Origin: Trueperaceae bacterium
GTDB lineage: Bacteria; Deinococcota; Deinococci; Deinococcales; Trueperaceae
DNA: 64,000 nt
Assembly: GCA_965213705.1 (NCBI GenBank)
Contig: OZ243913.1
Location: forward strand, 4,064,001-4,128,000
Direction: 5' to 3'
The first letter of the stretch is position 1, and every line of letters starts with the position of its first letter. Under the pieces are notes generated by a model. It was given only the letters and a program-made list of their open reading frames with translations. It made no database searches and was not told the DNA's origin. Positions 58,164 through 64,000 of the stretch are shown in pieces. The position numbers and the translations under genes are program-made.

Positions 58164-61040
58164 CTAGGGGAGGTGGGGAAGCTCAGAAGTCCCCGCCTCC
58201 TCCAAAATGGATAAAATCAGGGTTGCAACCTGCTCCGACGGTAAATCGCACCAAACCGGTGTACCGTCGTAACTCGGCAAACCTTGAAAAACCTTTCTGT
58301 CCGCATAAACCATGTAGGGCGTTTTGGCCTTACAGTAGGCGTATAGGTCTGCGCTCAGCCCGCACAGGGAATTCTTGGTCCCGGCCTGCAGGACGCCCAC
58401 GAGATGGTGCAAGATGATGGGGTCGCTCTGCGTCCACCGAGCTTTTTTAAGCCCTGCACGGTAGTGTTCAAGAGCACGTTGAGGCTCGTCCTCCAGCAGG
58501 TGGACGGCTCCCAACGTCCCGTGCGCTCTCACCTCCTTGCCGATCGAGCGCTGGGCCCGAGCCTCGGTGAGAACCTCGTAACCGAGCTGTTCGGCACGCT
58601 CGCGGCGGCCCTCGAGGGCGAACAGGTGAGCGAGTTTCGCCCGGCTGAGGAGCGCCCAGTGCGCGAGGCCGAGCGCTTTTGCGCAGTCTGAGGCCTGCTC
58701 GAGCCTGAGGCGCGCCTCCAAGGTGTTACCGGTTTCCAGGGCCAACCAGCCGCCGACATAGTTGCACCAAATCTTTTTAGCCGCTATGCCTTGCTGGTCG
58801 AAGAGGTGTTCGGCCGCCGCGAGGCGCGACCGGGCTTCGGCGTAGTCGCCCCGATTGACGGCGTTGATGGCGAGGTTGGTAAGCGCGCTGGCCGCTTCGC
58901 CCGAATCCGGTTCGGCGTAAGTGAAGGCTGTTTCGAAGTAGCCGCGGGCTTCAGCGAAGCGGCCCAGCGAGTCGTAGGCCGCGCCGAGCGTGTTCAAGCA
59001 GGTCTCTCGCGCGCACCCACCACTCAGCGTCAGCGCTGCCTCGGCGGTATGAACGGCTTCAGCGTAACGGCTCGAGCGCAGCAAAAACCAGGCCCGACTT
59101 GCTTGCAAAGCCACAGCCATACCCTTATCTTGCAGAGCCGCGGCCGCTTCCTCGACAAGCTCGAGGCCCTGCTGCGGGCGTGAGTGCAGGTCGTACAGGC
59201 GTTGCAAGGTGGGCAGGGCAGGTTGCAGGACGTGCATCCACTCCTGCCGAACGGCCCAGCGCCAAGCTGCGGCGATGTTGGCCGAACTGGTTTGAAAATC
59301 GACTTTACCCTTCGAGCCTGGCGGCTTTTCCGAGGGTCGCTCGGGCTGCGCTGCGGCTTGCAAGGCCGTCAGATAAAAGGTCGCGTGCCGACTCCGCAAG
59401 GCTGCCTTAGCGGGATGACGTTCGTACAGGTAGCGCGCGAGCAGCGGATGCAAGCTGTAGCGGTCGCGCTCGAAACTCAGGAGCGAGGCGTCTAATAAGC
59501 GCCTCAAGTGCCGAGGTTTCGCCCCGAGAAGCTGTTCGGCAGCCGAGAGAGAAAAACCGCCCCGAAACACGCTCAGCTCGCGAAAGACGGTGGCCGTTTC
59601 CGCGTCGAGGAGAGTGACCGAAAGGTCGAAGGCGGCGTTCAAGTCTTCCCCGTCCGCAGCGCTCAGCGCGCCCAAGTCGGACCTCGAGCGCTCTACAAGC
59701 TCGGCGAGCGGCAGGCTCGCCGTCCAACCCGCGACGAGCTTGAGGGCGAGTGGGACACCGACTGTGTGCCGACACAGCTCGAGCAGCAGCGGTGCATCCT
59801 CGTCGCTGAAAACCGCCCCTTGCCGCGCCGCCGAACTCAGGAAGAGCTTGCCCGCCGCGCTCCGGCCGAGCTGGGCCAGCGTACTTCCCTGGGGCGGCAA
59901 ACTCAAACCGCTCAGGCGAAAAACCCGTTCGTCCTCGAGCCCGAGCCGTTCGCGTGAGGTCACGAGAATTCGCAACTCGGAACAGGCGCGCAAAAGTTGC
60001 CCGATGACGCCCCTCAGCTGGAGCAAGGCCTCGAAATTGTCGAGCACGAGGAGAATGCGCGGCGCGGCGAGGTGCCCGGTCACGGCTTCGGTCAGGTATT
60101 CGAGCTGCGGCTTCACACCGAGCGCGTCGGCCAAAGCTTGCCACAGCGCGCCAGCGGGCGCGTCTTGCGGGAGGTCGGCCAAAGGTACCAGTGCAATTTC
60201 GTCGAAAAGAGACTCGCTTTGCTGCACGAAGGCTTTGGCAAGCTCCGTTTTACCGATGCCGGCCAATCCCGTAACGGTCACCAGGCGTTCTCCGGCCAGA
60301 AAGTGCTCGTGCAGCTGCGTCAACTCGGCCTCGCGGCCGACGAACAGAGACGTCACGCCGACTTCTTGACGAGGCCGACCTCCCTTTACGCTCACCCTAC
60401 TCGCGAAGCCGCCGTGCCACTCGGCCGTTGCACGCTGCACAGCGTCGGCATCGGCGGGGAAACCCAGCTCGAGCAAAAGCCGGTGCATTCGCTCCACGTT
60501 GTAGAGGCTGGGCAGCGCCACACCGTGCGGCAACCGAAAAGCCCGCAGCACCAACGCGCGCGCTCCCGCCGCCTCGCCCTGCCGCCGGCGCTCTTCGGCA
60601 AGGGTCAGCAAAACGTCGGCAAAGCTGTTTTGCAGGGTTGCACGCTCAATACTCAGCCACTCGCTCACCTCTTCCCCGAGCCGTAGGCGCGTCTCCTCGA
60701 GCCCGTACAGAAACGGCCCCCGGTACAGCGCCACAGCGCGTTCGTACTCTTTTTGGGTAAGGGCGCGCCGAAACTCGGCCGCGTCCACGGGCACATGGCA
60801 GCCGAGTCGCCCGCGCCCCGACTCGAGCAGGTTCGGGTCCAGCTTTTTGAGCCGACGCAGCGCCTCTGAAAGGCTTTTGCTGCGCCTAGTCGCGTCTATT
60901 TGATGGGGCCAGAACAGGGCTTGCAGTTCTTTGCGCAAGCATGTGTCATGCAGCGCAACGTAAGTCAGCAACAAAAGAGGTTGGGGCTCGGCAAAGTCGC
61001 TGCCCTCGAGCCTCAAACCTCCTAACGTCACCAGCCGCAT
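58164..61040 (-). CDS. SARP/AfsR-like STAND regulator: winged helix/BTAD, NB-ARC-like NTPase, TPR
   Basis: 'LFWP', 'LYRGPFL', 'FVGRE', 'GLAGIGKT', 'LVLDNFE', 'TSRERL', 'GVPLAL', 'LHPL', TPR tail. Confidence 0.88.
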   Translation of the reverse strand: MRLVTLGGLRLEGSDFAEPQPLLLLTYVALHDTCLRKELQALFWPHQIDATRRSKSLSEALRRLKKLDPNLLESGRGRLGCHVPVDAAEFRRALTQKEYERAVALYRGPFLYGLEETRLRLGEEVSEWLSIERATLQNSFADVLLTLAEERRRQGEAAGARALVLRAFRLPHGVALPSLYNVERMHRLLLELGFPADADAVQRATAEWHGGFASRVSVKGGRPRQEVGVTSLFVGREAELTQLHEHFLAGERLVTVTGLAGIGKTELAKAFVQQSESLFDEIALVPLADLPQDAPAGALWQALADALGVKPQLEYLTEAVTGHLAAPRILLVLDNFEALLQLRGVIGQLLRACSELRILVTSRERLGLEDERVFRLSGLSLPPQGSTLAQLGRSAAGKLFLSSAARQGAVFSDEDAPLLLELCRHTVGVPLALKLVAGWTASLPLAELVERSRSDLGALSAADGEDLNAAFDLSVTLLDAETATVFRELSVFRGGFSLSAAEQLLGAKPRHLRRLLDASLLSFERDRYSLHPLLARYLYERHPAKAALRSRHATFYLTALQAAAQPERPSEKPPGSKGKVDFQTSSANIAAAWRWAVRQEWMHVLQPALPTLQRLYDLHSRPQQGLELVEEAAAALQDKGMAVALQASRAWFLLRSSRYAEAVHTAEAALTLSGGCARETCLNTLGAAYDSLGRFAEARGYFETAFTYAEPDSGEAASALTNLAINAVNRGDYAEARSRLAAAEHLFDQQGIAAKKIWCNYVGGWLALETGNTLEARLRLEQASDCAKALGLAHWALLSRAKLAHLFALEGRRERAEQLGYEVLTEARAQRSIGKEVRAHGTLGAVHLLEDEPQRALEHYRAGLKKARWTQSDPIILHHLVGVLQAGTKNSLCGLSADLYAYCKAKTPYMVYADRKVFQGLPSYDGTPVWCDLPSEQVATLILSILEEAGTSELPHLP

Positions 61041-61180
61041 TCTGCGGTTATAGCACGTAGGCCGTAGACGTGGTGGCAGCCTCGTTGGAACGTCGTTGGA
61101 AAACCGCGTGCTATGACCAGAAGCATGTTGAGCACGTTCGACGGCGGCGTTTCTCTCACCGCTTATAAGTTCTATCAGGG

Positions 61181-61204
61181 GTTGTCACCAGAGGGTGTGA
61201 CAAC
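61181..61204. promoter_or_regulatory. Palindromic operator upstream of the nuclease-WYL operon
   Basis: GTTGTCAC-N8-GTGACAAC, downstream of a TATAAG -10-like box. Confidence 0.6.
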
Positions 61205-61223
61205 GCCTCTTTACCGTGAGGCC

Positions 61224-61982
61224 ATGAAGCCTTCTTTTTCTTACAGCCTCAGCCACACGCTCCGCTGCCCTCGCCGCTTTCACTCAGAGAAGTTGCAAAA
61301 GGAACCCGTCCTCGCTCCGTTCGCCTCGAGCACCCTCGGGCGCGAGGTTCACGTGCGCGTCGCCGCCAGCCTCCACAGGGGTACACCCGCCGACGAACGC
61401 TCTTTCCGCTTGCCGAAGCGCGTCTTGTTGCAAGCCGGAGAAAACCTCGACGACCTCGTCTGGCGCGCTCACTGCGCCCTCAGCTTTTACAACGCCAAGT
61501 GCCGCGCCTGGCTCGCCAGGAAAACCACGACCTGTGTTGAGCACTACGTCAGCCGCCCCTACCCACTTCAAAGCGAGACCGTGCAAGTGAGTGGTATTTT
61601 CGACCTCGTTCTTTCTAGCGCCAAAGGAGACGTGCTCATCGACTGGAAAACGGGCAGCGCGCAGCGCAGCGAAGACCAGCTCAAGTTTTACCTCATGCTG
61701 CGCTTTTTAGAAACCGGGCGGCGACCCCGGCACGCCGAGGCGGTGGCGTTAGGGACGGGCGAGCCTTTGTGCATCGTTTGGGACAGCGAGGTAGAACCTT
61801 GGTTCGAAGACAAGCTCGAGGCGATGCGCCGCGACCTGGCCGCTTGCCATACGCGCGCGGCCGTCCCAGGGTTTCACTGCACCTACTGCCCTTACGCGCA
61901 GCGCTGCGAGGCCAGCGAAGCGCCGAACAGATGGGTGCTCGACACTTTTACCGGGGAGGTGACGCACCTTGGGCAAGCGTGA
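61224..61982 (+). CDS. PD-(D/E)XK nuclease (Cas4/RecB-like)
   Basis: 'SYS...CPRRF', 'G.EVH', 'GIFDLV', 'IDWKTG', 'QLKFY', 'CTYCPYAQRC'; start placed at ATG 61224. Confidence 0.85.
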   Translation: MKPSFSYSLSHTLRCPRRFHSEKLQKEPVLAPFASSTLGREVHVRVAASLHRGTPADERSFRLPKRVLLQAGENLDDLVWRAHCALSFYNAKCRAWLARKTTTCVEHYVSRPYPLQSETVQVSGIFDLVLSSAKGDVLIDWKTGSAQRSEDQLKFYLMLRFLETGRRPRHAEAVALGTGEPLCIVWDSEVEPWFEDKLEAMRRDLAACHTRAAVPGFHCTYCPYAQRCEASEAPNRWVLDTFTGEVTHLGQA

Positions 61983-62937
61983 AAAAGGCGAGGCGACGCT
62001 GAGGCTCGTCGAATTCGTCGACTACCTCCGCGAACACCCGGAGCAACACAAGGTTGCGGCCTTAGCGGGGCACTTCGGGGTCGACCGTAATCAAATTTAC
62101 CGCTGGGCCAAGTACGCTTATGACCGTTACGGCATTCCCATCGACCTGCCGCCCTTGGTCGAACGCGGCTGCGTCAAACTCGGTGAGGGCGACCACGCGC
62201 TCAAACGAGTCACCTTGGACAGAATCGAAGTCGAGGCGCTGCTCGCAGCCGCCGTCCGCATCGAAGCCTTGACCCCCTATGCCAGACAAGCCCTCGACAA
62301 GCTCGAGGATGCCCGGCGCTTGCCCGAAGACACCCTGCAAGACCCCGTCCTCTACAGCCCGCTCATGGACGAATACGCCCCCGAACTCTTCGAGCGCGTC
62401 GTCAAAGCCGTCAGAGACTACCGAGTAGCACAGGTCAGCTACACCAACGCACGGGGCGAGCGAAAAACGTATCTCTTCAACAGCTACGCGCTCATCGCGG
62501 ACGGGCAGCACCTTTACCTGGTCGGTATCGCCCACAGCAGCCTAGAGGCCGGTTACGACACGGTCATCCCCTTACGCCTCGACCAGATAGAGCACTTCGT
62601 CCTTCAACAAGGTTCGTTCAAAAAACCGTCTTTCGACGCGAAAACCTACGCGCTCAGAGAGTTCGGCCCGTTCAAAGCCGAGGGAGAGGTGCTCAGCATC
62701 AAAGTTCGGTTTTCTGCTGAAAAAGCTCGCTACATCGAGCGCACCAGGCGGCACGAGAGCCAAAGGTGTGTAAAGCATGCGGACGGCACGCTTCTGTGGA
62801 GCATCAGCGCGCCGCTGAACGACGCGCTCGTTTACTGGATTACGAGCTACGGGCCGCACGCCACGGTGCTCGAGCCCGAGGAGCTGAGAGAACAGGTGCT
62901 CGAGTGGGCGCAGGGGAGTGTCAATGCCAATTCATAG
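61969..62937 (+). CDS. HTH-WYL-WCX transcriptional regulator
   Basis: N-terminal HTH, 'HLYLVG', 'LRLDQI', 'WITSYGPHATVLEPEELR'. Confidence 0.9.
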   Translation: MGKREKGEATLRLVEFVDYLREHPEQHKVAALAGHFGVDRNQIYRWAKYAYDRYGIPIDLPPLVERGCVKLGEGDHALKRVTLDRIEVEALLAAAVRIEALTPYARQALDKLEDARRLPEDTLQDPVLYSPLMDEYAPELFERVVKAVRDYRVAQVSYTNARGERKTYLFNSYALIADGQHLYLVGIAHSSLEAGYDTVIPLRLDQIEHFVLQQGSFKKPSFDAKTYALREFGPFKAEGEVLSIKVRFSAEKARYIERTRRHESQRCVKHADGTLLWSISAPLNDALVYWITSYGPHATVLEPEELREQVLEWAQGSVNANS

Positions 62938-62954
62938 CCTAACGTCGATACCCG

Positions 62955-63221
62955 CTAAACAGCCGTTTTGGGACGAAGCTTATAAACCTCAGCAAGCTCA
63001 TGCTCGAGGTCTTCTGCGCTGTAATCGGGGTAGTAATAGCCGTGTGAGGTGTACCAGCGGATGGCCTCGAGCCGGTTCAAGCCCAACAGCGAACCTGCCT
63101 TGCCGACACTCATGCGCTCCTCGCGCACCATTTGCAGCAGCAGGCTTTCTAAGACTTTGCGCTCTAAGTCGTCTCCGTAGGCGGCGAGTATTTCGGGGGG
63201 AAGCTCGAGGGTTATGGGCAT
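62955..63221 (-). CDS. UPF0175-family putative antitoxin
   Basis: 'ITLELP', 'MSVGKAGSLLGLNR', 'YSAEDLEHE'; leaderless TACAAT-N6-ATG. Confidence 0.8.
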   Translation of the reverse strand: MPITLELPPEILAAYGDDLERKVLESLLLQMVREERMSVGKAGSLLGLNRLEAIRWYTSHGYYYPDYSAEDLEHELAEVYKLRPKTAV

Positions 63222-63542
63222 ACAGAGATTGTAGAGCAAAAAGAACTAAGGAGGCCAGTTTATAATGACCTCCTCTTCCACCATTATCCTCTGCGAGGTT
63301 GGTTCACGTATCTCTTTCATTGTTTCAATCTTCTTACGAAGATGTTTTGATGATAGCAAAGTTGGTCTAGGTGTACGTAAACTTAGAGTTCAATTTCACG
63401 TTCTTCTCTCATTAACCCTTGACAAAGAAAATTCTTTCTCTTACACTCCCATAAACCAGCAGGCTGGCTTCGCGCCTACCAAGCTATCAAAGCCAGCTGC
63501 TGCAACGAAAGGCTTCACTGAAAGGAGTGAAGAACTTTGTCT

Positions 63543-63725
63543 ATGGGATTATACAACCTTGATCTTGAAACAATTCTTCAGGAGTTTACAAGGGAAACCC
63601 TTGCTACTCTCGAGAAAGAACTTTCTCCCGAGCAATATGCATTTGTCGAGACGCGGCTACAACAGCTTGAGGCTGATAAAGTTTTCGAGCTTTATGAGCA
63701 GGAACTCTACGGAGTTGATTCGTAG
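63543..63725 (+). CDS. Small acidic hypothetical protein upstream of cas3'
   Basis: AAGGAG upstream; Glu-rich helical 60 aa; stop sits at the cas3' RBS. Confidence 0.55.
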   Translation: MGLYNLDLETILQEFTRETLATLEKELSPEQYAFVETRLQQLEADKVFELYEQELYGVDS

Positions 63726-63737
63726 GAGGATAGTGAT

Positions 63738-64000
63738 ATGAGAGCCGCATTGAGCCTAACTCTACTCGAGGCCTGGTCAAAACGCTACACGGGAGGCCTG
63801 AATTTTGCCTTGCCAGAGGGTTGGCAACTCGCCACTCACCAAAAAGAGGTGTATGACACGCTGCACGAGCCTGATATAGATGTTGTGTTTGATACGGCGA
63901 TGACCGGGGACGGGAAGAGTTTAGCCGCTTATTTACCCATGCTTCGCCCGCAGGCTAAACGGCTGGGTAATGCTGTAGTCGCCTATCCAACCAATGAACT
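63738..64000 (+). CDS. cas3: Type I-D CRISPR-associated helicase Cas3', N-terminus (runs off the window)
   Basis: AGGAGG RBS; translates ...WQLATHQKEVY...DTAMTGDGKSLAAYL...YPTNE (Q motif, Walker A, motif Ia) with no HD domain in front. Confidence 0.8.
   Translation, partial: MRAALSLTLLEAWSKRYTGGLNFALPEGWQLATHQKEVYDTLHEPDIDVVFDTAMTGDGKSLAAYLPMLRPQAKRLGNAVVAYPTNE

Noticed and set aside
63265..63741. 158-aa ORF upstream of cas3'
   Set aside because: Atypical composition across an AT-rich promoter-like region, and it overlaps the better-supported small acidic ORF.
57300..64000. CRISPR array near the cas3'/Cas4-like/WYL genes
   Set aside because: No regularly spaced 25-40 bp repeats seen; scattered TGCCAA words at 57490-57720 are irregular.
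48900..64000. Complete prophage or ICE integrated at tmRNA
   Set aside because: No integrase, relaxase, capsid or terminase gene and no ssrA 3' duplicate seen within the window.

Overview
GC-rich bacterial DNA, most likely Deinococcota (Truepera-like). This is inferred from leaderless -10/ATG gene starts, a ...ALAA tmRNA tag beginning with Gly, a Deinococcus-style small beta-barrel protein and heavy CTCGAG use. From left to right the window holds: (1) a copper-resistance operon (copZ-csoR-copA-glutaredoxin); (2) rhamnose catabolism genes; (3) a displaced 3' half of a tRNA(CAT), which looks like an att-site relic; (4) a ~35 kb block of membrane, envelope and oxidoreductase genes, many of whose promoters share 11-bp-phased AAG[AG] repeats also found at the resident OmpR/BaeS-type two-component system, with an AT-rich Dsr1-like sirtuin defence gene and vapBC inside the block; (5) a MalT/BTAD-type regulator, an orphan PemK/MazF gene and tmRNA; (6) an 8 kb phage/ICE-like minus-strand operon (DUF932, GemA-like, MoxR AAA with vWA-metallopeptidase, double DUF6915) driven by a strong promoter through a ~385-nt highly structured leader RNA; (7) an unannotated 46-aa secreted peptide gene facing a BTAD-NTPase-TPR regulator, a candidate peptide-signalling pair; (8) a PD-(D/E)XK nuclease and WYL regulator followed by the start of a type I-D CRISPR Cas3' helicase. 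No CRISPR array or integrase is visible inside the window. All family assignments are from motif recognition only; no database searches were run.
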